From Myxococcota bacterium (GTDB lineage: Bacteria; Myxococcota_A; UBA9160; UBA6930), in contig OZ245002.1 of NCBI GenBank assembly GCA_965223415.1, positions 3,456,001 through 3,520,000 on the forward strand: a stretch of 64,000 bases of DNA, given 5' to 3'. Each line of letters opens with the position of its first letter. Position 1 is the first letter of the stretch. Below, piece by piece: positions 40,013-49,908 of the stretch. The position numbers and the translations under genes are program-made. The notes beneath the pieces are model-generated. The model was not told the DNA's origin. It made no database searches and saw nothing but the letters and a program-made list of their open reading frames with translations.

Positions 40013-41761
40013 GTGCGCGCCGTTCCCCTCCACCTGCTCCTGGACGAGCCGCGGGCCGGCGACAGCGCCGTTGCCTGGGATCGCCAGGGAACCCGGAGCT
40101 GGGAAGCCTTCACCGGCGAGGTCGGCGGCCTCGCCCGGCGCCTCGAGGGGCCGGCGGGCGCGCGCTTCCTGCTCGACGTGTCGAGCAGCTACGCCTTCGC
40201 CGTCGGCCTCTACGCCGCGGCGCGGGTCGGCGGGGTCGCCCTGGTGCCGCCGAATCGCCAGCCGGGCACCCTGCGCGAGCTGGCGGCCCGCTGCGACGCC
40301 GTGCTCCACGACGCGGCCGGCGGCTCCGCGGGTGCGCCGCCGATCGACCCCCTCGCGTATTCGGGCGAGCCCTGGCCGGGAGAGCTCGACCCCGAGCGGC
40401 CGGTCGTGCAGCTCTTCACCTCCGGGACCACGGGAAGCGCGAAGGAGATCCCGAAGGCGTTGCGGCACCTCGGCGAGGTGGAGGAGCTGGAGCGGCGGGT
40501 GGGAGCGGACCTCCCCCCGGACGTCCGCGTGTACGGAACGGCGCCGCACCAGCACCTCTACGGGCTCCTGCTCCGCGTGCTCTGGCCCCTCGCCACGGGG
40601 CGCCCCTTCCAGGGCGAGAGCCTGCTGCGCCCGGAGGAGCTCCTGCCACGTCTGGCGGAGGCGCCGTCGTCGGTGCTGGTCGCGACGCCGGCCCACCTCC
40701 GTCACCTGACGGTGCGTCCCGAGCTCCGCCAGCTCCGCGGGCGCGTGCGCCGCGTGCTCTCCTCCGGCGGGCCCCTGGCGCCGGTGACCGCGGCCGCCGT
40801 CGAGGAGGCGCTCGGCGCCCCGCCCCTCGAGATGCTCGGCTCCACCGAGACCGGGGGCGTCGCCACGCGCACCCAGCCGGGCAGCACCGAGCCGGGCAGG
40901 GCCTGGGTGCCCCTCGGTCGGGTGCAGGTGCGCCAGGATCCGGCCTCCGGGCGGCTGCGCGTCGCCTCTCCCTTCGTCTCGGTCGGCGCCGAGACCCGGG
41001 CGCCCGGCGTGCTCGAGTTCGAGATGGGGGATCGCGCGGAGGTGGAGGGCGACGGGAGCTTCGTCTTGCGGGGCCGAGCCGACCGGGTGGTGAAGATCGG
41101 CGAGAAGCGGCTCTCGCTGCCGGACATGGAGAGCCGGCTGCGCGAGCACGTCCGGGTGGACGACTGCGCCCTCGTCGACGTCGACCGCGGCGCGGAGGCG
41201 CGGGTGGCGGCGGTGGTGGCGCTCTCGCCGGAAGGACGCGCCGCCCTGGCCGCGGACGGTCGTCGTGAGCTGGTGCGGACGCTCCAGACCTGGCTCGCCA
41301 CGCACTGGGACCGGGTGATGCTGCCGCGGGTCTGGCGCTTCGTCCCCGCCCTGCCCGCCGACGAGCGCGGCAAGCTCACCCGCGAGGCGCTGCTGGCCAT
41401 CGCCCGGGAGCGCCCGCGCAGCCCGGAGACGCTCGGCGACGAGCGCGACGGCGACCGCCTGGCGCGTCGGCTGCGCGTGCCCGCCGACCTCGCCGCGCTC
41501 GAAGGCCACTTCCCCGGGCACCCGGTCGTTCCCGGCGCGGCCCAGGTCGGCTGGGCCTTGGCCGCCGCGGAGGAGCTCGCCGGCCATGCGCTGCGTGTCG
41601 TAGGCGTGGAGGCCCTCAAGTTCAAGGAGATGCTCCTGCCCGGCGCCGAGGTGCTGCTCGAGCTCGAGCTCGACCGGCCGGGCTCCCGCGTCCGGTTCAC
41701 GATCGCCCACGAAGGAGGTGAGCACGCCTCCGGCCGCCTCCTCCTCGGGGACCCGCCGTGA
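40013..41761 (+). CDS. Acyl-ACP synthetase fused to FabA/Z-like dehydratase (ApeH-ApeI-like)
   Basis: FTSGTTG..K, QHLYG, GSTETGG, GRADRVVKIGEKR, C-terminal GHFPGHPVVPG. Confidence 0.88.
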   Translation: MRAVPLHLLLDEPRAGDSAVAWDRQGTRSWEAFTGEVGGLARRLEGPAGARFLLDVSSSYAFAVGLYAAARVGGVALVPPNRQPGTLRELAARCDAVLHDAAGGSAGAPPIDPLAYSGEPWPGELDPERPVVQLFTSGTTGSAKEIPKALRHLGEVEELERRVGADLPPDVRVYGTAPHQHLYGLLLRVLWPLATGRPFQGESLLRPEELLPRLAEAPSSVLVATPAHLRHLTVRPELRQLRGRVRRVLSSGGPLAPVTAAAVEEALGAPPLEMLGSTETGGVATRTQPGSTEPGRAWVPLGRVQVRQDPASGRLRVASPFVSVGAETRAPGVLEFEMGDRAEVEGDGSFVLRGRADRVVKIGEKRLSLPDMESRLREHVRVDDCALVDVDRGAEARVAAVVALSPEGRAALAADGRRELVRTLQTWLATHWDRVMLPRVWRFVPALPADERGKLTREALLAIARERPRSPETLGDERDGDRLARRLRVPADLAALEGHFPGHPVVPGAAQVGWALAAAEELAGHALRVVGVEALKFKEMLLPGAEVLLELELDRPGSRVRFTIAHEGGEHASGRLLLGDPP

Positions 41762-42516
41762 AGCCCGCCCTGCTGATCCCCGTTCACCAGCACGCGGAGC
41801 CCCTGGCCGCGGTGCTCGACGGGCTGGCCGGCTACGGCCTGCCCTGCTTCGTCATCGACGACGGCAGCGACGCGGCGAACCGTGAGCGCATGCAGGAGCT
41901 GGCCCGCAGTCACGACTTCGTCGAGCTGCACCACCGGGCCCACAACGGCGGCAAGGGGCTGGTGCTGCGCAGCGGCTTCCGGCTCGCGGCCCATCGCGGC
42001 TACAGCCACGTGATCCACCTGGACGCGGACGGCCAGCACGCGCCGGCGGACGTGCCGCGTTTCCTCGAAGCCATGTCCACCCATCCGGACGCGCTGGTGC
42101 TCGGCGCGCCGCGCTTCGACGCCTCGGTGCCGAGAGCGCGGCTCGCGAGCCGTCAGCTCTCCCGCTTCTTCGTGTGGCTGGCCACGCTCTCCTTCGCCGT
42201 CGAGGACCCCCTGGTGGGCTTCCGCGGCGTTCCCCTGGAGCCGACCCTCTCGCTCCTCGACCGGGTGCGCACCGGTGACCACATGGAGTTCGAGCCGGAG
42301 CTCGCCGTGCGCCTGGTGTGGGAGGGCGTGCCGGTGGTGAACCTGCCGACGCCCATCGTCTACCCGGAAGGCGGCCATTCGAACTTCGACGTGATCTGGG
42401 ACGACCTGCGGCTCGCCTGGCTCTACACCCGGCTCTGCACGGGCATGCTCCCGCGCACGCCACGGCTCCTGTGGCGGCGGCCCACGGCGCTGCCGCTCCT
42501 GGTCGAGAGCACGTGA
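41758..42516 (+). CDS. Glycosyltransferase family 2 (ApeJ N-domain-like)
   Basis: IDDGS, NGGKG, DADGQH, GFR. Confidence 0.9.
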   Translation: MKPALLIPVHQHAEPLAAVLDGLAGYGLPCFVIDDGSDAANRERMQELARSHDFVELHHRAHNGGKGLVLRSGFRLAAHRGYSHVIHLDADGQHAPADVPRFLEAMSTHPDALVLGAPRFDASVPRARLASRQLSRFFVWLATLSFAVEDPLVGFRGVPLEPTLSLLDRVRTGDHMEFEPELAVRLVWEGVPVVNLPTPIVYPEGGHSNFDVIWDDLRLAWLYTRLCTGMLPRTPRLLWRRPTALPLLVEST

Positions 42517-43466
42517 GCGCCGCCACCTCGAACCCGCCGGCCTGGGCCCAGGCGGCCGAGTCGGGCTCCCTCCTCGCCATGCGGGTCATGCGCGGCATCT
42601 ACCGCGTGCTCGGTCGTCGGCTCTCCCGAGCGTTGCTCTGGCCGATCGCGCTCTACTTCACCGCGGTGAACGGGGTCTCGCGCCGGGCGCACCGAAGCTA
42701 CCTCTCCCGGCTGCGCGCGACGACGCCCGACGCCACGCTGCCGTCGCCCAGCTTTCGGACCGCGCTGCGTCACACCCACGAGTTCGCGGTGAACCTCTTC
42801 GACCGCATGATCGCGTGGGGTGGCGAGCTCGACGACATCGAGTTCCTGCACCGGGGCTCCGAGCACCTGTTCGCCCTGGCCGAGCGGGGCGAGGGCGCGA
42901 TCCTGCTGGGCTCCCATCTCGGCAGCTTCGACATGATGCGGCTGCTCGCCGGACGGCACGGTCTCGTGGTGAACGTGCTCATGTACACCCGGCACGCGGA
43001 GCAGATCGGGCGCTTCCTCGCCCAGCTCGATCCCGAGCACCCGGTGCGCGTGATCTCCCTGGACCCCTCCTCCACCCGCACCGCCTTCGAGATCCGCCAG
43101 TGCCTCGAGCGCGGCGAGTTCGTGGGCATCCTCGGGGATCGGCTCTGGCCCGCGGACGCCGGGCGCCGGGAGTGGGTTCCCTTCTTCGGGGAGCCGGCGC
43201 CTTTCTCCCTCCGTCCGTTCCTGCTGGCGGGCGTGCTCGGCGCGCCTCTGCTCTTCGCCCTGTGCGTGCGGCGCGGCTCCTCCACCTACGAGGCCGTGGT
43301 CGAGCCCCTGCACGAAGGCGGTCCGGTGCCCCGGCGGGAGCGCGACGCCCGGGCCCGGGAGTGGCTCGCCGCGTACGTGGCGCGGCTCGAGGACGGCTGT
43401 CGCTCCGCGCCCTATCAGTGGTTCAACTTTCACGACACCTGGCAGGAGAAGGGAGGCGCCCGGTGA
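42513..43466 (+). CDS. LpxL-family acyltransferase (ApeJ C-domain-like)
   Basis: SHLGSFD, GDR, PYQWFNF. Confidence 0.85.
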   Translation: MSAATSNPPAWAQAAESGSLLAMRVMRGIYRVLGRRLSRALLWPIALYFTAVNGVSRRAHRSYLSRLRATTPDATLPSPSFRTALRHTHEFAVNLFDRMIAWGGELDDIEFLHRGSEHLFALAERGEGAILLGSHLGSFDMMRLLAGRHGLVVNVLMYTRHAEQIGRFLAQLDPEHPVRVISLDPSSTRTAFEIRQCLERGEFVGILGDRLWPADAGRREWVPFFGEPAPFSLRPFLLAGVLGAPLLFALCVRRGSSTYEAVVEPLHEGGPVPRRERDARAREWLAAYVARLEDGCRSAPYQWFNFHDTWQEKGGAR

Positions 43467-43927
43467 GCTTTCCGGCCATCGAGGAGCTGGTGCCCCACGC
43501 AGGCCCGATGTGCCTGCTCGATCGCGTGCTGCGCCACGACGAGGAGGAGACGGCCTGCGCGGTGCGACCCGAGGCGAGTGGCGCCCTGGCTCTGGGGGAC
43601 GGTCGGCTCCCGGCCAGCGTGGCCCTCGAGTGGATGGCCCAGTGCATCGCCGTCGACGGAGGTCTGCGCGCCCGGGCCCACGGCGTGCCTCCGCGCCCCG
43701 GCCTCTTCCTTGGTGCGCGACGGGCTTCGCTCCCGGGGGACGCCTTCGACCCGGACGGCGAGCTGGTCGTCGTCGCGCGCCGGGTGCGCGGCTCCGGGCG
43801 GGGTGCCCATGCCTTCGCCTGCCGGCTCGAGGCGCCCGGCGCCGGAGCGCTGGCCGAAGGCACGCTCCAGGTGATGATCGCCGAGGACCTCGCCTCCCTC
43901 TCCGGCGGGAGCGGCCCGTGGCGTTGA
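43463..43927 (+). CDS. Hotdog dehydratase (ApeP-like)
   Basis: LVPHAGPMCLLD, EWMAQ, GLFLGAR. Confidence 0.85.
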   Translation: MSFPAIEELVPHAGPMCLLDRVLRHDEEETACAVRPEASGALALGDGRLPASVALEWMAQCIAVDGGLRARAHGVPPRPGLFLGARRASLPGDAFDPDGELVVVARRVRGSGRGAHAFACRLEAPGAGALAEGTLQVMIAEDLASLSGGSGPWR

Positions 43928-44667
43928 GGCGAAGGCGGGAGGCCGGGGACGCTCCGCGCCGGGTGCTCGTCACCGGCGCCAGTGGCGGCCTCGGTCGCCC
44001 CATCGCCCTGGCCCTCGCGCGGGAGGGCTTCGGCGTCATCGTCCACTACGGCCGCCGGGCCGAGGCGGCAGAGGCGACGGCGGAGGCCTGCGGCGCCGGA
44101 GCGCGGGTGCTCGGCTTCGACGTGGCCGATCGCGACGCCGCCCGCGCCGCACTGGCCACGGAGCTCGAGGAGCACGGCCCCTTCTGGGGCGTCGTCTGCA
44201 GTGCCGGCATCCACGACGATGCGGCCTTCCCCGCCATGGGTGCGGAGGCCTGGGACCGCGTCCTGCGCACGAACCTGGACGCCTTCCACCACGTGGTCCA
44301 GCCCCTCGTGATGCCGATGGTGCGCGCCCGGCGCGGCGGACGGATCGTGACGATCTCGTCGGTGAGCGGCCAGATCGGCAACCGCGGCCAGGTGAACTAC
44401 GCGGCCTCCAAGGCCGGCCTGATCGGGGCCAGCCGCGCCCTCGCCCTCGAGCTGGCTGGTCGCGCCATCACGGTGAACAGCGTGGCGCCGGGCCTGATCG
44501 AGACCGAGATGGTGGACGCGGAACGCGCGGAGGCGCTGCGCGCCCTGATCCCGATGCAGCGCCTCGGGACCGCCGCGGAGGTGGCTGCGGTGGTGGCCTT
44601 TCTCTTCTCCGACGGCGCGGCCTATGTTACGGGCCAGACGATCGGAGTGAACGGAGGCCTCGCGTGA
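43918..44667 (+). CDS. fabG: 3-oxoacyl-ACP reductase (ApeQ/FabG-like)
   Basis: TGASGGLG, DAAFP, GNRGQVNYAASK, VAPGLIETEM, VNGG. Confidence 0.9.
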   Translation: MALRRRREAGDAPRRVLVTGASGGLGRPIALALAREGFGVIVHYGRRAEAAEATAEACGAGARVLGFDVADRDAARAALATELEEHGPFWGVVCSAGIHDDAAFPAMGAEAWDRVLRTNLDAFHHVVQPLVMPMVRARRGGRIVTISSVSGQIGNRGQVNYAASKAGLIGASRALALELAGRAITVNSVAPGLIETEMVDAERAEALRALIPMQRLGTAAEVAAVVAFLFSDGAAYVTGQTIGVNGGLA

Positions 44668-46220
44668 AGCTCGACGTGGCGATCCTCGGCGGCGGCATGG
44701 CAGGAAGTCTGCTCGCGCGCCAGCTCGGCCGCGAGGCGCCGGGCCTCCGGATCGGGCTCTTCGAGAAGAGCACCGAGCCCTCCTACAAGGTCGGCGAGAG
44801 CACCGTCGAGATCGGCAGCTCCTACCTGATCCGCCGCGTCGGCCTCTCGCGCTACCTGTACGAGCAGCACCTGCCGAAGAACGGGCTCCGCTACTTCTTC
44901 GACGACGCGTCCAAGCAGAGCGAGCTGACCGGGATGAGCGAGATCGGCACGGTCAACCTGCCCTTCCATCCCTCCTTCCAGGTCGATCGGGCGCGCCTCG
45001 ACGCGGACCTCCTCGCCATGAACGAGCAGGCGGGCATCCTCGTGCACACGGGCACGCGGGTCGAGGACGTGGAGCCGGGGCAGGGCGGCTCGCCCCACGC
45101 GTTCCGCATCGTCCGCGAAGGGAAGAGCGAGCGGGTCGAGTGCCGCTGGCTCCTCGACGCCAGCGGGCGCGCAGCGCTGCTCTCCCGGGCGCTGGAGCTG
45201 CGGGTCCGGGAGGAGAACCATCCGGTGCTCTCGGTGTGGGGGCGCTTCGAGGGCGTCGCCGACGTGGACGATTGGGGCGATCCGGCGTTCTCCGCCCGCG
45301 TTCGGCACACGGCCCGCGGCATCTCGACGATCCACTTCTGCTACCCGGGCTATTGGATCTGGTTCATCCCGCTCGGCCACGGCCTGACCAGCATCGGCGT
45401 GGTGGGCGATCCGCCCGGCGAGTTCGGCGCCCTGCGCACCGAAGGAGGCTTTCGGGCGTTCCTGGAGTCCCACCGCGCGATCGCCTCGTTGCTCACCCGC
45501 GCGAAGGCGGTGGACGTCGCCGGGCTCAAGAACTTCTCCTACGGGACGCGCCGGTACTTCTCGGCGGATCGCTGGGGCCTGGTCGGGGAGGCGGCGGCCT
45601 TCGCCGATCCCCTCTACAGCCCCGGCGCCGATTTCATCGCCCTCGAGAACGACTTCCTCTGCGATCTCGTGAAGCGCGATCTGGCCGGCGAGCCCGACGC
45701 CGAGCTCGAGCGCCGGGTGGAGCTCTACGACGCCTTCATGGCCTTCCGTCTGGAGGCGGCCATGCGCCTCTACCGCGGGCTCTACGGGCTCCTCGGCAGC
45801 TTCGAGCTGATGCGCATGAAGTGGGACTTCGACATCGGCTGCTACTTCAACCTGTGGGTCGCGCCCTACTTCCTGGACGAGTACCTGGACGAGACCTTCC
45901 TTCGCCGCCAGGTGCGCCAGCAGCGCTTCGTGCTCCAGGCGCTCTCGAACTTCGCGGACCTGTTCCGTGCCGCCGAGGCGCACCTGCGCGAACGGGGCGA
46001 CTACCACCGCTCCAACCAGGGCATCTTCTCCTACGGCCTCGAGAACATCGACTTCATCGAGCAGGTGGGCCTGCCGCGCAGTCAGCGGGAGGTCCTCGAG
46101 AAGACCGCCGAGATCTTCAACGGCGTGCGCCGCCGGGGGCTCGAGCTGCTCGGGCGCGAGGGGGACTCGGACGCCCCCCTTCCGCTGACGAGCATGATGA
46201 CGCCGAACCCGCTCTTCTGA
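44664..46220 (+). CDS. Flavin-dependent halogenase-like protein
   Basis: GGGMAG, KVGES, PKNG, GYWIWFIP (WxWxIP), FADPLYSPG. Confidence 0.8.
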   Translation: MKLDVAILGGGMAGSLLARQLGREAPGLRIGLFEKSTEPSYKVGESTVEIGSSYLIRRVGLSRYLYEQHLPKNGLRYFFDDASKQSELTGMSEIGTVNLPFHPSFQVDRARLDADLLAMNEQAGILVHTGTRVEDVEPGQGGSPHAFRIVREGKSERVECRWLLDASGRAALLSRALELRVREENHPVLSVWGRFEGVADVDDWGDPAFSARVRHTARGISTIHFCYPGYWIWFIPLGHGLTSIGVVGDPPGEFGALRTEGGFRAFLESHRAIASLLTRAKAVDVAGLKNFSYGTRRYFSADRWGLVGEAAAFADPLYSPGADFIALENDFLCDLVKRDLAGEPDAELERRVELYDAFMAFRLEAAMRLYRGLYGLLGSFELMRMKWDFDIGCYFNLWVAPYFLDEYLDETFLRRQVRQQRFVLQALSNFADLFRAAEAHLRERGDYHRSNQGIFSYGLENIDFIEQVGLPRSQREVLEKTAEIFNGVRRRGLELLGREGDSDAPLPLTSMMTPNPLF

Positions 46221-46233
46221 GACCCGCCCGGCG

Positions 46234-46944
46234 ATGGCCCACCGGCACCCGTTCCGTTCGCCGCCCCCGCCCGCGGTGGGCCTCGCCGTGCTCGGCGTCG
46301 CGCTGGTGGCGGCCTATCCCTTCGCGCTCGAATGGGCGCTCCAACGCTTCGGGCTGCGCCCGGTGGCGATCGCCCTGTTCGCGAGCGGAGCCCTGGGCCT
46401 CGCCTGGCGCTGGCGGGGGATCACGGCTCCGGCGTTGCGGCCGACCCAGCTCGGTATCCTGGCTCTCCTGGCCCTCGCCGCCGTGCAGGAGAGCCGCGCC
46501 CCCCTGCTCCTGGTTCCGGCGGCGATCCAGCTCGGCCTGGCCGGCTACTTCCTCGCGAGCCTCCGGCCCGGGGATTCGGTGGTCGAGCGCATGGCCCATG
46601 TCATGCAGCCCTACCTCCCGGACTGGATCCGCCCCTACTGCCGGATCGTGACCGTCCTCTGGGCCCTCTTCTTCCTCGGCAACGCCGTCGCCATCACGGT
46701 CCTCGCCGCCGACGCGGACCCGCAGCGCTGGCGCAGCTGGACGGGCATCGGCCTCTACGTGACCGCGCTCGCGCTCCAGGCCGTCGAGTCCGTGTTCCGC
46801 AAGTCGTGGTTCCGCGCCTTCGACGAGGGACCGATCGATCGGCTGTTCGCGCGTCTGTTTCCGCCGGAGCGCACGGCCCGGGGACGGCGGTCGATGGAGT
46901 ACATTCGCCGGATGCGAACCGTTCTCGGAATGGAGGAGCCGTGA
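46234..46944 (+). CDS. Membrane protein of APE-type clusters (ApeG/COG4648-like)
   Basis: AYPF, SL...SVVERMA, YCRIVTVLWALFF..N. Confidence 0.75.
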   Translation: MAHRHPFRSPPPPAVGLAVLGVALVAAYPFALEWALQRFGLRPVAIALFASGALGLAWRWRGITAPALRPTQLGILALLALAAVQESRAPLLLVPAAIQLGLAGYFLASLRPGDSVVERMAHVMQPYLPDWIRPYCRIVTVLWALFFLGNAVAITVLAADADPQRWRSWTGIGLYVTALALQAVESVFRKSWFRAFDEGPIDRLFARLFPPERTARGRRSMEYIRRMRTVLGMEEP

Positions 46945-48176
46945 GCGAGCGGCGAGTGGTGGTGACCGGCATGGCCGGCATCTCGCCGATCGGCTCCAGC
47001 TGGGAGGAGGTGCGCCAGGCCCTTCGCGAGGGCCGCTCCGGCGTCGCCCACTGGGACGCGCTGGCGGCGGTGGAGGGCGTGCGAACCCGCCTCGCCGCGC
47101 CCGCTCCGGATCCCGAGCTCACCGGCGCGCCGCGCAAGAAGCTCCGCGGCATGGGCCGCGTCTCCCGCCTTGCCACCTGGGCCACCGGTCGGGCCCTCGA
47201 GGCGGCGGGGCTCGCCGGCGATCCGGTCCTCTCCGACGGCCGCACCGGCCTGGCCTACGGCTCCACCTCGGGCAGCCCCCCCGACATGGTCGATTTCGCG
47301 CGGGCCTTCGGCATCGATCGCCGGGTGAAGGGCGTCGTGCCGGTCCAGTACGTGAAGCTGATGAGCCACACCTGCGCCGCGAACTTGGCCCAGTTCTTCG
47401 AGATCCGCGGCGCCGTGCTGCCCACGCCGAGCGCCTGCACCTCCGGAAGCCAGGCGGTCGGCGCCGGCTACGAGCAGATCCGCTTCGGGCGCCAGGAGCT
47501 GATGGTCTGCGGCGGCGCCGAGGAGCTCCACGAGATCGAGGTCGGCGTCTTCGACCTGATGTTCGCCACGTCCACCCGCAACGACGCGCCCGCCGCGGCC
47601 TGCCGGCCCTTCGATGCCGAGCGGGACGGCCTGGTGGTGGGGGAGGGCGCCGCCACCCTCGTCCTCGAGTCCCTGGAGCACGCCCGGGCCCGGGGCGCCC
47701 CGATCCTCGCCGAGGTGATCGGCTACGGTACCAACTGCGACGGCCTGCACCTGATGGCGCCGGATCCGACGGGCATGGAAGGCGCCATGCAGCGCGCCCT
47801 CGCCGACGCGCGCCTCGACCCGGCCCGCGTCGACTACGTTTGCGCCCACGCCACCGCCACCGAGGCCGGCGATGTCGCCGAGAGCACGGCCACCCGCCGC
47901 GCCTACGGCCGGGCGCTTCCGGTGAGCTCCCTCAAGGGCCACCTCGCCCACACCCTCGGCGCCTGCGGAGCCCTCGAGGCGTGGATCACGATCGGGATGC
48001 TCCGGGAGGGCTGGCTCGCGCCCACCCTGAACCTGGAGCAGGTCGATCCTCGCTGCGCCGAGCTGGACTACGTGGCCGGTGCACCCCGCGAAGCCGCTCC
48101 CGAGATCGTCGCCAGCAACAACTTCGCCTTCGGCGGGATCAACACGTCACTCCTCTTTCGGCGGTTCGAGGTCTAG
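46941..48176 (+). CDS. Beta-ketoacyl-ACP synthase (ApeR-like)
   Basis: AYGSTSGS, MSHT, SACTSGSQ (catalytic Cys), HATAT, HTLGACG, NNFAFGG. Confidence 0.92.
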   Translation: MSERRVVVTGMAGISPIGSSWEEVRQALREGRSGVAHWDALAAVEGVRTRLAAPAPDPELTGAPRKKLRGMGRVSRLATWATGRALEAAGLAGDPVLSDGRTGLAYGSTSGSPPDMVDFARAFGIDRRVKGVVPVQYVKLMSHTCAANLAQFFEIRGAVLPTPSACTSGSQAVGAGYEQIRFGRQELMVCGGAEELHEIEVGVFDLMFATSTRNDAPAAACRPFDAERDGLVVGEGAATLVLESLEHARARGAPILAEVIGYGTNCDGLHLMAPDPTGMEGAMQRALADARLDPARVDYVCAHATATEAGDVAESTATRRAYGRALPVSSLKGHLAHTLGACGALEAWITIGMLREGWLAPTLNLEQVDPRCAELDYVAGAPREAAPEIVASNNFAFGGINTSLLFRRFEV

Positions 48177-48191
48177 AATCGAGAGGGGGAG

Positions 48192-48215
48192 ATGGGGCAT
48201 TTCGCCCCATATCTT
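48192..48215 (+). terminator. Hairpin after the APE operon, possible terminator
   Basis: ATGGGGC-ATTTC-GCCCCAT followed by ATCTT; weak U tract. Confidence 0.4.
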
Positions 48216-48312
48216 GATGCGGATCCGCATGCCGGAGCGGTGCTGAGCTTCCGCTGAAGCAGCACACGGCGTCATCGCCCACCCTGGTCCTCGGGCCAGG
48301 AAGGGAGACGCC

Positions 48313-49692
48313 ATGACACGACCCATCCACTCCGCAGTAGGGACGGCCATCCTGGCGTGCCTGCTCACCGCCGGATCCGCGATGGCCGCCGTCTTCCAGG
48401 TGACCACGACGTGGGACCTACCGGACGACGCGCCCGGCGACGGCGTCTGTTCCACCCTCGTTCCCATCGGCCCGCCGGTCGGCTTCCCGCCAACACCCCC
48501 GATGGGCTTCCGTTGCACGTTCCGAGGGGCGCTGCAGGAGGCCAATCGGATCCCGGGGGCGGACGAGGTGCTTCTGCCGGCCGCCAGCATGGCGGTGATC
48601 CTGGACGACGACGATCCATTCGCGCTCACCGAGGACGTGGCCATCCGCGGTGCCGGGATCGCGACGACGACGCTCACGCTGTCGGGCACCCGCTCTCTGG
48701 ACGCGGGCCCGGCTGCCCTCGAGCTCAGCGACGTGACCCTCCTGAACTCCGGGACCAACCAAGCCGTCGTGCGAGGATGGCGCGAGGTCACGCTCAGGCG
48801 CGTGGTTGCAAGCGGCTTCTCCCGTCTCGCTCAGACATCCTCTCCTCTGGGCGTCCTGACAGTCGAAGACTCCATGATCGAGGACACCGTCGACGGTCTC
48901 CGGGCGATCGGAGGGCGGTTGGTCGTCGATCGCTCTCGCGTCGAGACCGTCCTGAACGCCTCGGGGGGAGTGGGCGTGGCCATCGCCGGGAGTGCGGTCG
49001 TGCTTCGCGACACAACCGTCGAAGGGGAAGGTGTCGGGGTTTCCGTGACGGTAGGTCCGCCGCCGACGATCTCGATCGAGAGGTCGACCCTTCGCGGGCT
49101 CGCGTGGGCAATCTGGACCTCGACCTCGGTGAGCGTCTCCGAGATCTGGGTGTCGAACTCGACGCTCTCGGGGAATGCTGGAGGCATCGGTGTCGACGAC
49201 GCCGGCGACGTCGTGCTCGAGCACGTCACGCTGACGGGTTCCGGCTACGCGGGATTGGCCGTCGGAAGCCTCGGCGTCGACTCGCTGATCCTCGATCACG
49301 CCATCGTCGCGGGGAACGCGATCGACTGCTTCTTCGCCTTCTACACCGAGGTGGAGTCCCGCTACTCACTCGACGGCGACGGAAGCTGCGGCCTCACGGA
49401 TCTCACCGACCTCCCCGCGACCGATCCAGCGTTGCTGCCTCTTGCCGACAACGGCGGACCCACGTGGACCCACTCGCTGGCCTCGGGGAGTCCGGCGCTC
49501 GATGGAGGAGACACCGCCTGCTCCGTGTCTGTCGACCAGCGCGGCGAGCCGCGGCCCCGAGGCACCGCGTGTGATCTCGGTGCCTTCGAGGGCCCGGCTC
49601 CCTCTGGAGGCCCGGCCTGTGGCCTCGGTGCGGAGCTGGTTCTGGCGCTGCCGCTCCTGACGGCCTGGCGCCGGCGAACCCGCGCGCCGTGA
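48313..49692 (+). CDS. Exported beta-helix-like protein: CSLREA-like N-terminus, choice-of-anchor-Q-like C-domain, CGLGAEL tail
   Basis: Signal peptide ...AMA; VTTTWD...GDGVC...CTFRGALQEAN; PLADNGGPTWTH...GSPA...DQRG...CDLGAFE. Confidence 0.82.
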   Translation: MTRPIHSAVGTAILACLLTAGSAMAAVFQVTTTWDLPDDAPGDGVCSTLVPIGPPVGFPPTPPMGFRCTFRGALQEANRIPGADEVLLPAASMAVILDDDDPFALTEDVAIRGAGIATTTLTLSGTRSLDAGPAALELSDVTLLNSGTNQAVVRGWREVTLRRVVASGFSRLAQTSSPLGVLTVEDSMIEDTVDGLRAIGGRLVVDRSRVETVLNASGGVGVAIAGSAVVLRDTTVEGEGVGVSVTVGPPPTISIERSTLRGLAWAIWTSTSVSVSEIWVSNSTLSGNAGGIGVDDAGDVVLEHVTLTGSGYAGLAVGSLGVDSLILDHAIVAGNAIDCFFAFYTEVESRYSLDGDGSCGLTDLTDLPATDPALLPLADNGGPTWTHSLASGSPALDGGDTACSVSVDQRGEPRPRGTACDLGAFEGPAPSGGPACGLGAELVLALPLLTAWRRRTRAP

Positions 49693-49908
49693 CCGCGTGG
49701 AGCCGCGGATCGCCGCTGCCGCGATCGTAGGAGGGGCGATCGAGATGCGGCGCTCCCATTGAGTCCTCGCCTCATGTCGCCGCGCCCTGGGATTCGAGAC
49801 GGAGGTCCTCCACGCGAACCCGCTCTCTGCAGGAGGCGCCTCCGTGGCCGCCCGCGGCGACGGAACGGATTGTCGCGCACTCCCGCAGGAGGATGCGGAA
49901 GCTTCGCG